Below are positions 26,163 to 34,445 of a DNA stretch of 64,000 nt, one piece after another (positions within the stretch are counted from its first letter, which is position 1; every line of letters begins with the position of its first letter). The translations under genes were made by a program, and so were the position numbers. Origin of the DNA: Candidatus Iainarchaeum sp. Lineage in GTDB: Archaea; Iainarchaeota; Iainarchaeia; JAGGVJ01. The notes beneath the pieces were generated by a model, which was given only the letters and a program-made list of their open reading frames with translations, was not told the origin of the DNA and ran no database searches. Location: contig JAGGVJ010000040.1 in assembly GCA_021158055.1 (NCBI GenBank), forward strand, positions 36,474-100,473, read 5' to 3'.

Positions 26163-28370
26163 GTGCGCGAAAGAAAAAAACAAAACCAGGCAAACAGAAA
26201 AACCCGCGACACCGAAAACATTGATGTCAAGCTCCCGGGATCACTGATTTACGGGGAGCGCGAAACAGATCCGGTCACAAAAACCGCTGATTCAAAAAAA
26301 CCAGGAAAAAGCGGTTTTGTGAAATTCTGCAAGTGGAGCTACAGGCGCATAAAATCAAAAAACTCCAAATTTGACGAAAAATACAGGCAGGCAATTGACT
26401 TTCTCGGCTGGAACCTCACTGCAGACGAGTTTGCTTCAGGACAGAAAATGTCTATGGTCCTTGGTTTTGCATTGTCTGCAGTGATTGGACTGTGCGCATC
26501 CTACTTTGGCCTGATTTCATTATCAGGCGGCATTTCAATGGACAATCTTCCATTCCTTGGCATGCTTGCGGTGATTCCGATGGCCGCTTCGGCGATGGTT
26601 GTCAAAATGCCTTTAAACGCTGCCGAAACAGAAAAAATGAACTCCATGACTTACGTTCCTGAAATCGTAAATTACCTTGTCATGAGCATGAAGCTGTCGC
26701 CAAACCTTGAAAAGGCAATCCAGTTTGCTGCAGAGCACGGGCGGGGAAAGATCGCCGACGATTTCAAAAAGCTGTTGTGGGACGTTGACATCGGAGTATA
26801 CAACACTGTTGAGGAAGGCCTTGACGACCTCGCGTACAAATGGGGGGACTACAGTTCTGTCCTGAAACACGCCTTGATGCAGATTCGCGCTTCAGTGATT
26901 GAGGCAAACGATGCAAGGCGCCTTGCGTTGCTTGACAAGGCGGTAGCCGATGTCATTGAAGGAATCAAGGCGGAAATGAGCACTTACTCGCGAAAACTGC
27001 ACGCGCCCGCGATTTACCTTTATTACCTCGGGGTCCTCCTGCCGCTTATGCTTGTGATCATCCTGCCTATCGGCTCCGTGTTTACCGGGGCAGGCCTTGC
27101 TGACAGGAACCTCTTGTTTGTGCTCTACAACATAATCATACCGACAGCCACTTTCCTTTTTGCAAGAAACCTCCTCAAAAAAAGACCCCCGACTTACACC
27201 CCGCCGGTCATCCCCGATGACTTTCCGGGAATCCCCCCAAAACACAAGTTGTTTTACGGGAAAAACAAAAAAACATTCCCTGTCCTGGCACTTGCAATAA
27301 TTGCTGCTTTGGCTGTTCTCCTGTTTTCATTCATGGCAAACAACACAATTACTCAGCTTAGCTTTTCAGGCACCGACTTTGGCATCGACCCTTTTCACAT
27401 GGTCACGCTTGAAGAGGCAAAAAACAACATCTGGGGAACTTTCAACGACACCGGGTTTGAATGGGGCGGAATAAAATATGTCACTCCGATCTGGATGATC
27501 TACGGAGTTCTTTTATCGGTTGTTTCCTTTATTTCAGTTTACCTTTACTTTGACTCAAAATACAAAAAAGAAGCCCAAGACCACATCAAAAAACTTGAGG
27601 ACGAATTCAACGACGCGATTTACGTGCTTGCCTCAAGGCTCGGTGAAAACAGGCCCATGGAAGAAGCCCTTTCCCACTCTGTCAAGTTTTTGGGTCCGGG
27701 TTCTCTTGTCGGGACCGAGATTTTTGCAACAATCACCAAAAACATATCAATGATGGGCCTGACCTTGCGATCCGCAATCTTTGACTCAAATTACGGGGCG
27801 CTGAAACATGTTCCCTCCAACCTGATCCAAAGCGCAATGACCATCTTAAGCGACTCGGTAGAGCTCGGGACAAACGTTGCGGCGCGCTCGATTATGTCTC
27901 TTTCCTCGCAGATCCGGGATTCAAAGAAAATCGACGAGAACTTGCGCAAAATGCTTGAGGATCTGACTTCCATGATGAACTCAATGGCGATAATGATTGC
28001 CCCCATGGTTCTTGGAATCACCACCGCGCTGCAGAAAATCGTGCTGAATGCCCTGACCAATATCACAAAAGCGACAAGTCCTGGCGGAGCGAGCGCTGCA
28101 ATGGGGACAGGCGGAATGGGCAATATGCTCTCAGGCGCAGGCAGCGCCCAGCAGGCAGCAAACATAATCAACCCCACTGATTTCCTTTTGATAATCGGGT
28201 TTTACGTGATTGAGCTTGTCATCATTTTGATGTATTTCACCATGAACATCCAGGAAGGGGACAACAAAATAATAGTCAAGATGGCCATTGCAAAAATCCT
28301 GCCTGTTGCAATCATATTTTTCATAATAAGCACTCTTCTTGCAAACAATTTGATAGCAAACGCGGGTTGA
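26163..28370 (+). CDS. Fused double TadC/FlaJ-type membrane platform protein
   Basis: Two T2SS-F-like halves (VPEIVNYLVMSMKLSPNLEKAI; FNDAIYVLASRLGENRPMEEAL); multiple TMs; GGTGA SD + GTG. Confidence 0.85.
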   Translation: MRERKKQNQANRKTRDTENIDVKLPGSLIYGERETDPVTKTADSKKPGKSGFVKFCKWSYRRIKSKNSKFDEKYRQAIDFLGWNLTADEFASGQKMSMVLGFALSAVIGLCASYFGLISLSGGISMDNLPFLGMLAVIPMAASAMVVKMPLNAAETEKMNSMTYVPEIVNYLVMSMKLSPNLEKAIQFAAEHGRGKIADDFKKLLWDVDIGVYNTVEEGLDDLAYKWGDYSSVLKHALMQIRASVIEANDARRLALLDKAVADVIEGIKAEMSTYSRKLHAPAIYLYYLGVLLPLMLVIILPIGSVFTGAGLADRNLLFVLYNIIIPTATFLFARNLLKKRPPTYTPPVIPDDFPGIPPKHKLFYGKNKKTFPVLALAIIAALAVLLFSFMANNTITQLSFSGTDFGIDPFHMVTLEEAKNNIWGTFNDTGFEWGGIKYVTPIWMIYGVLLSVVSFISVYLYFDSKYKKEAQDHIKKLEDEFNDAIYVLASRLGENRPMEEALSHSVKFLGPGSLVGTEIFATITKNISMMGLTLRSAIFDSNYGALKHVPSNLIQSAMTILSDSVELGTNVAARSIMSLSSQIRDSKKIDENLRKMLEDLTSMMNSMAIMIAPMVLGITTALQKIVLNALTNITKATSPGGASAAMGTGGMGNMLSGAGSAQQAANIINPTDFLLIIGFYVIELVIILMYFTMNIQEGDNKIIVKMAIAKILPVAIIFFIISTLLANNLIANAG

Positions 28371-28378
28371 TCTCAAAA

Positions 28379-28861
28379 ATGAAAAAAACAACAATGCCTG
28401 GTTTAAGAGGACAGGAATTTGACATTTTCAAAATACTTCTCGCAGTCGCTTTCGCGCTTGCCTTGACTGCCATACTTTCCGGTTTTGTCAACAGCTTGTG
28501 GGACGAGACCTGTGAGTTTGACAGCAACAAGATAGTGAGCGCAATCCACGCGGCAAAAGCTGTTCCTGGAGAGGTTTTGAAGATTGAAGACGTCTGCTTT
28601 AACAAGGGGAGCAAAATCACTGCCGAATCTTACGCGATTCAGGCAAAGCTTGTCGGGCGCGACGGGGGATGCATAAAATTCAGCGGCTGCCCAAAACAGG
28701 CAACGTGCCCGAACGAATTTGAAGCAGAATTCAACGCAAGCAACACAAAAGACTTTTTCGTTGTGTGCGGGCGAAGCACTGACCCCGTGTGTGTTTTCGA
28801 GCTTCCTGAAAGCGAGTATTATGTGTCGGGATGCACGATTTACCTTGACGGAAAACCCTGA
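28379..28861 (+). CDS. Pilin-like protein (class III signal peptide)
   Basis: LRG|QEFDIFKILLAVAFALALTAIL; Cys-rich head. Confidence 0.8.
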   Translation: MKKTTMPGLRGQEFDIFKILLAVAFALALTAILSGFVNSLWDETCEFDSNKIVSAIHAAKAVPGEVLKIEDVCFNKGSKITAESYAIQAKLVGRDGGCIKFSGCPKQATCPNEFEAEFNASNTKDFFVVCGRSTDPVCVFELPESEYYVSGCTIYLDGKP

Positions 28862-29035
28862 CAAAAAAACAATAACAATAAATAATATCAAACACAATTC
28901 AGTATTCACTAAGAATATTAATCAAATCCAGTATTTGCTAAAAATATCAATCAATGTCAATACACTAAAATATTACAAAAATATTAAGATATTATCAAAA
29001 AAGATATTATAAAAATCTTCAGAAAAGGTGATTCA
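28862..29035 (+). promoter_or_regulatory. AT-rich internal promoter region upstream of the putative major pilin
   Basis: ~175-bp very AT-rich gap with AAAAAAGATATTATAAAA (BRE/TATA-like) and GGTGA SD inside an otherwise tightly packed operon. Confidence 0.55.
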
Positions 29036-29461
29036 ATGAAAAACGCTTTGAAAGGACAGGCATTCGACACATTCAAACTGTTGATCGCGGCAATTGTTGC
29101 GATTTCCATTCTTGGGGTGATGATGGGAATTATCGGCGGCACAACACTGCCCGGTTCAGACCCGAACCACGAGATAAAGAGCAAATTAAGCAGCGCAGTG
29201 ATAAACGCCGGAAACACCGTGACCACATCCACAATAAAATTCAAATTCGGTGACACCTACTGCATCACGGCCTTGAAAGGAAACTCGGGCCTTGACGACG
29301 ACCAGATTGATTTTGACGTTCAGCACAACGGAATAGAAATAAGCCCGGATGACTCCAAATGCATACAGGCAAAAAGCACTGATGTAAACGGGAGAGCAGC
29401 AATCAAATGCGACCCGAGCACCGCCACGTGCACAATAACAATCAAACCGGCATTGAACTGA
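29036..29461 (+). CDS. Pilin-like protein, candidate major pilin
   Basis: LKG|QAFDTFKLLIAAIVAISILGVMMGII; paralog of the 28379 gene; own promoter-like region. Confidence 0.82.
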   Translation: MKNALKGQAFDTFKLLIAAIVAISILGVMMGIIGGTTLPGSDPNHEIKSKLSSAVINAGNTVTTSTIKFKFGDTYCITALKGNSGLDDDQIDFDVQHNGIEISPDDSKCIQAKSTDVNGRAAIKCDPSTATCTITIKPALN

Positions 29462-29516
29462 AGCGAAAGCTTGAACAAAACTGAAGCAAAAGCTTAACAA
29501 AAAAGAGGTATGAAAA

Positions 29517-29816
29517 ATGAAAAAAGGAGACAGCTCATGGGGTGCGCTTTACCTGTTGATTGTGCTTGTGATTGCAGCCGTGCTCATAACCACTGTAATA
29601 AAGCCCATGTTCAGCCAGTCGCAGGAAGCCGTGACTTCAAAAAAACTCCCTTCCTCAATGGGATTGATCGGACTGGCTGCCGTTTTCAGCAAAAGGCAGG
29701 AAAACACTGTTCTGGAAAAGCGCGCTGAAGACACAAGCACACCCCCAAAAAAAAACCTTGTTCAAACCTGTTTCACAGCATTTTCAAGTGTGCCAAATGC
29801 CAGCGCACAAGGGTGA
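29517..29816 (+). CDS. Short pilin-like protein
   Basis: MKKG|DSSWGALYLLIVLVIAAVLITTVIKPMF; GAGGT SD. Confidence 0.7.
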   Translation: MKKGDSSWGALYLLIVLVIAAVLITTVIKPMFSQSQEAVTSKKLPSSMGLIGLAAVFSKRQENTVLEKRAEDTSTPPKKNLVQTCFTAFSSVPNASAQG

Positions 29817-29820
29817 ACCG

Positions 29821-30396
29821 ATGCGCCGCCTGCACGGACAAGAAGAAGCGCCGATTGAGCTTCTGGTCGGGATAATCATGTTCATAATGGTCTCTGTCCT
29901 TGCCATCCAGGTAACGACAAGCATAAACAATTCCATCTGCAGCGAAAAACTGAACAAGGCACAGATTGACATTTCCTCAAACCTCAAAAGTGCGCTTACA
30001 GGCTCAGAATTCACTGTGCAGACCTTTTCGGTTGACATCCCAAGCTGTCCTGAAAAAAAAATAAAAAGCCTGAACATAGAAAAAATAACCGACCCCAACA
30101 TCTGCCAGATTTACTGCCGGCCGACCAAAAACACCTGCTGGATGACAGTGCTTGAAGTGCACGGCGAAACAGAAGGGGAAATAGAAAAAGAATTCATGTG
30201 CATCAACATCTCGCCTGAAACAGAAATAATCCCGGAAGACGACGAAGACCTGTGCAACTGGGACAAAATGAGGCAAAAAACAGGCATAACAAGCACAACA
30301 CCTCTTGAGCAGTTAAACCTGGGCCCCGCCTACTACAAATTCACTTTCAAAAGAGACACCGGAATGACCCCAAAAATAAAGGTGTGCATTGAATGA
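29821..30396 (+). CDS. Pilin-like protein
   Basis: RRLHG|QEEAPIELLVGIIMFIMVSVLA; GGTGA SD + ATG at 29821; Cys-rich. Confidence 0.8.
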   Translation: MRRLHGQEEAPIELLVGIIMFIMVSVLAIQVTTSINNSICSEKLNKAQIDISSNLKSALTGSEFTVQTFSVDIPSCPEKKIKSLNIEKITDPNICQIYCRPTKNTCWMTVLEVHGETEGEIEKEFMCINISPETEIIPEDDEDLCNWDKMRQKTGITSTTPLEQLNLGPAYYKFTFKRDTGMTPKIKVCIE

Positions 30397-31070
30397 AACT
30401 TGCCAAAAAACAACGCGGGATAATGCTCTGGACAATGTCAAAAATCACTTTGTTTATTTTCATGCTCGGCCTTGTCACTGTATTCTACCACTTCCTTATC
30501 TACACAAACACGATTACCCTGCAGGAAAACGCAAAAAACACTGCAAAAAACATGATTTCAAAACTCGACGAAGTGCGCTTCAGCACCATGACCTGCAAAG
30601 AAGAAGTGATTCCCATTGATTACAGGTTTCGCGCAGGGGAAACCGACTTGTCTTACCTGATAAGAATTGAAAAAACAAAGCTAAAAATCGGAGATACGCA
30701 AGAGGAAAAAAGGCTTTCGGTTCAGATCAGAAGCTCAAAAGACAAAGAACTGCTTGGAGCATCAGACACGATGCTTGCGGAAAACGAAAAAATAAGCTTT
30801 TACAAATGCCCCTACAGATTCGGTTCGGCAGACGACGACTTCTTTTGCCAAAAGGAACTGGAAAAAAGCAATGGGAATGCATCACTTGACATCTACCCAA
30901 GTGAAAAAAACGAAAAAAACAACAATCTTCAAAGCTCTTACATCATTATAAAAAAAGGATTTTTTAAAGGCGACGAAACAAAACAAGGGATTTGTGTCGT
31001 GGACTGTTTTGACACAGACCAGAGAACCTGCCTGAAAGCAATAAGGACAGTTGATGCGTGTGAATGCTAA
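30393..31070 (+). CDS. Pilin-like protein
   Basis: KKQRG|IMLWTMSKITLFIFMLGLVTVF; ATGA overlap with the previous gene. Confidence 0.78.
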   Translation: MKLAKKQRGIMLWTMSKITLFIFMLGLVTVFYHFLIYTNTITLQENAKNTAKNMISKLDEVRFSTMTCKEEVIPIDYRFRAGETDLSYLIRIEKTKLKIGDTQEEKRLSVQIRSSKDKELLGASDTMLAENEKISFYKCPYRFGSADDDFFCQKELEKSNGNASLDIYPSEKNEKNNNLQSSYIIIKKGFFKGDETKQGICVVDCFDTDQRTCLKAIRTVDACEC

Positions 31071-31638
31071 AAGCCAAAAGCCAAAGACTCCAAAGGGGTT
31101 TATCGGACCGATTGGTTTTGACCTGCCAAGCATAATGCCAATCGTTTTTGCCATAATAGTTTTTTTCAGTGCCGTGAGCTACTCGTACACCACCGTGAAC
31201 GAAAAAAACAACGTTCTTGACTCAATAGAATCATCCATCAAAATAGCCGATATCTTAAAAGGAAACTCTTACCTGTTCTTCGACGCCACAGATTCAGGCG
31301 CAAAAAACAAGTTTGCCTCAAACTGCGAAAAAGCAGTTAACATTGCGCAGTCAAAAAACATAAACTTCGCGGCCACTTTTGTAAAGCTTGACTCAAGCTC
31401 AAGCATTGAATGGCTGATTGAAAACAAGGAAAGCGAAATTGACTCCTGCACAACAGCAGACGGCAAACACCTTTGCTGGTGCGGCTTTTCCCCAAAAAAA
31501 TTTGATTCAAACCTGTCAAAACAATTCTGGAGCATTTCTTTTCCCGTAACAGTTGACGTAAAACCGCCCGGTTCCGGTCCGGAGGACATTTACCCGCAAA
31601 GTTACCTCAGGAAAATAATTGTGGTGGTGTGGAAGTGA
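31054..31638 (+). CDS. Pilin-like protein
   Basis: PKG|FIGPIGFDLPSIMPIVFAIIVFFSAV; ends in the beta strand IIVVVWK. Confidence 0.75.
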   Translation: MRVNAKSQKPKTPKGFIGPIGFDLPSIMPIVFAIIVFFSAVSYSYTTVNEKNNVLDSIESSIKIADILKGNSYLFFDATDSGAKNKFASNCEKAVNIAQSKNINFAATFVKLDSSSSIEWLIENKESEIDSCTTADGKHLCWCGFSPKKFDSNLSKQFWSISFPVTVDVKPPGSGPEDIYPQSYLRKIIVVVWK

Positions 31639-32330
31639 TTGCACGCGGACAGGCAAGCTTTTTTGACGCGCTTACATTCCTTTTGATAGTGTCGGCAATT
31701 TCAGCCGCACTTGTTTTGTTTTCAACTTCTTACGGCCTGCAGGCTCAAAAAGCCCTTTACAACACAATTGACCTCGACTACACAAACAGTTTGATGAACG
31801 CATTGCTTCACGCAAAATACGAAACAGGTGAAAAAACATCAGGAAACTACCCTGTCAAAGAATTTGTTATCCAAGCAGTGAAAAGAGAGCTTTCCTTTGT
31901 GGGTTCGTCTTACACAAAAGACAAGCTGATCTCACTTAACAGTCACACTTACGGCGAAACAAAGCTAAAACAGACTCTGAAAGAGTTAATGGGCCCTGTT
32001 TTTTACCAGAAGGGATTGATCTTTTTAATGACTGACATCGACAAGCCGAATGATAAATTTGTGTACTGCCTGTTTCATGAAACAGGAGATAATCTGGAGT
32101 ACTGCAGCGACTCTGGGTTTACAGAAATCAAAGACATTTCAGGCCACATCTCAAAAAAAGAAAACGTTTTTTCTGCCAGCTCGCTTCTGGCAATCCCCAT
32201 TAACAAACTAAATACAAACAAAGATAAAACCCCAAGCAACACAACAACTAAAATAGCCACATTTATAATTGACGAAAACTTCAGGGAAAAAAGACACGTA
32301 AAAATGACTTTGATGCTTTGGGATTTATAA
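31635..32330 (+). CDS. Pilin-like protein
   Basis: ARG|QASFFDALTFLLIVSAISAALV; ends MTLMLWDL; GTGA overlap. Confidence 0.78.
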   Translation: MIARGQASFFDALTFLLIVSAISAALVLFSTSYGLQAQKALYNTIDLDYTNSLMNALLHAKYETGEKTSGNYPVKEFVIQAVKRELSFVGSSYTKDKLISLNSHTYGETKLKQTLKELMGPVFYQKGLIFLMTDIDKPNDKFVYCLFHETGDNLEYCSDSGFTEIKDISGHISKKENVFSASSLLAIPINKLNTNKDKTPSNTTTKIATFIIDENFREKRHVKMTLMLWDL

Positions 32331-32378
32331 ACTGATTGCGGTTGATCTGCAAACCAAGTTGATTTGCAAACTAAACTA

Positions 32379-33941
32379 TCACAGCTTAAGTTTTTCATTT
32401 ATTTTTTTGACAGTTGTTTTTTCCCTGCACTTGGGGCATGTGAACGTGACAAAGTTGCCTTCCGAGTCAACGCCGTCAGCGCAGTGAGAACACATTGCAG
32501 AACCGCAATTAGAACAGAACACAACCCTTGTGCCTGCACTTCCGCAATTCGGGCATCCTTTTTTGCCCGATGATTTTTTCATTTCCACAAACTGCGATTC
32601 AAAGTTATCGCCTGATTCTTTTGAAATTGACTCCAGGTCAATATCGCCTGTTAACAGCGAGTCAATCGACTCAAATGAATCCTCCCCAAACCTTTCAGCA
32701 AACAATCCACTGTCCGCTCCTGAATCATCTTCAGTCCCGCCAAGAAGACCTTCATCAGAGGAACCCTTTTCGGTTCCAAGCCCAGTGTCTGAATCCGAAA
32801 ACAAGTCGTCAAAAGAAGCCTCGTCAACTTTGACTCCGGAAACCTCTTCTTCTTTTCCCGCAGGCGAATCACGGTCGCTTTCCTGCCCGCGCCTTCCGTG
32901 TCTTTTGGGCCGCCTGCTTCTTGCGTGCTTTTCTTCTCTCGCGGTCTTGTCTTCTCCTGCGGGCTGCCGGTCGCTTTCCTGCAAAGAAAGCGTTTGTGAC
33001 TGCAATCTTTTTTGTCTTTCCATGCGGCGCTCCTCAGGAGTCTTATGCTTTAACTTGCTTTTTTCCTTCAGTTCTTCAAGGATAACCAAAGCCATCTCGT
33101 CAAGCTCTTCTTTTTCAAGTTTTGCTTTCTTTTTCTTTTGTTCTTTCTCTTCCTTCAACCTGTCCTCAGAAAGCTTTTTCGACAACCCCTCTATATCAAT
33201 GGGCTTGACTGTGTGGGGAATGGAATCTTCCGGCGGTTTTTTAAAGTCTGATTTTATCATGTCGTCGAGCTCCTCGACATTCACTTTATCATTTTCGGCA
33301 TTCACACTGTTGTCTTTACCGCCTGCCTTGCCCCATCCAAAAGCTGCGCTGCCCAGGTCATCTTCCGACGCGTCTTTTTTCTTTTTTCCCTTGTGCAAAG
33401 CAAAGCGTTTCGCATAAGATTTAACTGAATCAAAAAAACAGCCCGAAACAGAAAAAATCCCTCTCGAAACATCCTTTGCTTCTTTTTTGAAACCTGATAA
33501 AATGCTTAAAGCAACACCTGTTTTCGGGATCATACCTTTTCCCGGCGTTTCTGCGATTTTTACAGTTTTTGCGGTTTTCACCTGTCTGACAAACTTATTC
33601 AGCGGCTTTCCCGTTTTTGCTTTCGCGTAATTTATTGGCACACCGACAACTGTTTTTGAAGACCTGATCCTTTTGAACCTAAGGAACAACATGACAAAAA
33701 TCGATATAAAGAAAACTGACGGCAGAAAAAGATCAAAGGCACCCGGAACATGAAAAACAACAGCTGCAATTGATGAAACAAAAAACCCCATCACAACAAA
33801 AACAAAACCCATCACCATGCCGAGGCCGAGCTTGTATTCAGGCGAATTTGCGCGTATGTCCGGCCAGCCCACCCTGATCACAAAATAACCCAGTGAAAGG
33901 GAACCCAAAGCAGCATACAGATAAGCGATAATTTCAATCAT
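32379..33941 (-). CDS. Membrane protein with 3 N-terminal TMs, long charged disordered region and C-terminal 8-Cys zinc finger
   Basis: CPNC..CSNC..CSHC..CPKC at the C-terminus; K-rich then D/E-rich tract. Confidence 0.8.
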   Translation of the reverse strand: MIEIIAYLYAALGSLSLGYFVIRVGWPDIRANSPEYKLGLGMVMGFVFVVMGFFVSSIAAVVFHVPGAFDLFLPSVFFISIFVMLFLRFKRIRSSKTVVGVPINYAKAKTGKPLNKFVRQVKTAKTVKIAETPGKGMIPKTGVALSILSGFKKEAKDVSRGIFSVSGCFFDSVKSYAKRFALHKGKKKKDASEDDLGSAAFGWGKAGGKDNSVNAENDKVNVEELDDMIKSDFKKPPEDSIPHTVKPIDIEGLSKKLSEDRLKEEKEQKKKKAKLEKEELDEMALVILEELKEKSKLKHKTPEERRMERQKRLQSQTLSLQESDRQPAGEDKTAREEKHARSRRPKRHGRRGQESDRDSPAGKEEEVSGVKVDEASFDDLFSDSDTGLGTEKGSSDEGLLGGTEDDSGADSGLFAERFGEDSFESIDSLLTGDIDLESISKESGDNFESQFVEMKKSSGKKGCPNCGSAGTRVVFCSNCGSAMCSHCADGVDSEGNFVTFTCPKCREKTTVKKINEKLKL

Positions 33942-34012
33942 TCAGTCACACCATAAACAAAACCCGTTTTCAGGGAAAATCACTATAAACATTAATAAAT
34001 TATAAAACATTA

Positions 34013-34075
34013 TATTGTTATATTCAATGTAATTATTGTTATATTCAATGTAATTATTGTTATACCTAATGTAAT
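34013..34075. repeat. 21-bp tandem repeat x3 in a divergent promoter region
   Basis: TATTGTTATATTCAATGTAAT x2 + TATTGTTATACCTAATGTAAT. Confidence 0.9.
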
Positions 34076-34144
34076 AATTGCACCATATTTAATAAAATGA
34101 TATACAAACAAAAGCTAAATATAGAAATATAAATATACAAATAA

Positions 34145-34408
34145 TTGGGTGATCAGATAATTGATATTGCACTTTACTGGCTTGGCTCCGCAGCAAATGT
34201 CGCAAGCAGCTCGCTTGTTTTTTCACTGATTTCATTTCCTTTTGTGGTAATCAGTTACTTTTTTCACGCTTACATAAAAGATCGCTTTGAATTCCCGTGG
34301 ATTTTAAATTTGTTCATCGCAACATTGTTCGGTTCGGTTTTGGCAGTCATCGCACTGATGCTCATGCCCTTGCTTGTGGCAGGGCTTCTTTTGATGGTCT
34401 GGACATAA
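34145..34408 (+). CDS. Small 2-3 TM membrane protein
   Basis: 87 aa hydrophobic ORF directly upstream of the 1451-aa gene; start uncertain. Confidence 0.65.
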   Translation: MGDQIIDIALYWLGSAANVASSSLVFSLISFPFVVISYFFHAYIKDRFEFPWILNLFIATLFGSVLAVIALMLMPLLVAGLLLMVWT

Positions 34409-34445
34409 AAAATGAAAGCTAAAAGCAATTGCAAACGGTGTAAAA

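Noticed and set aside
1861-32330. Conjugative element / integrated plasmid
   Set aside because: No relaxase, integrase, active VirB4 or att repeats seen; flanked by housekeeping genes with similar composition
34145-34165. Non-canonical ATA/ATT start after GGTGA for the 87-aa gene
   Set aside because: An in-frame TTG at 34145 could be a leaderless start; this cannot be resolved from sequence alone
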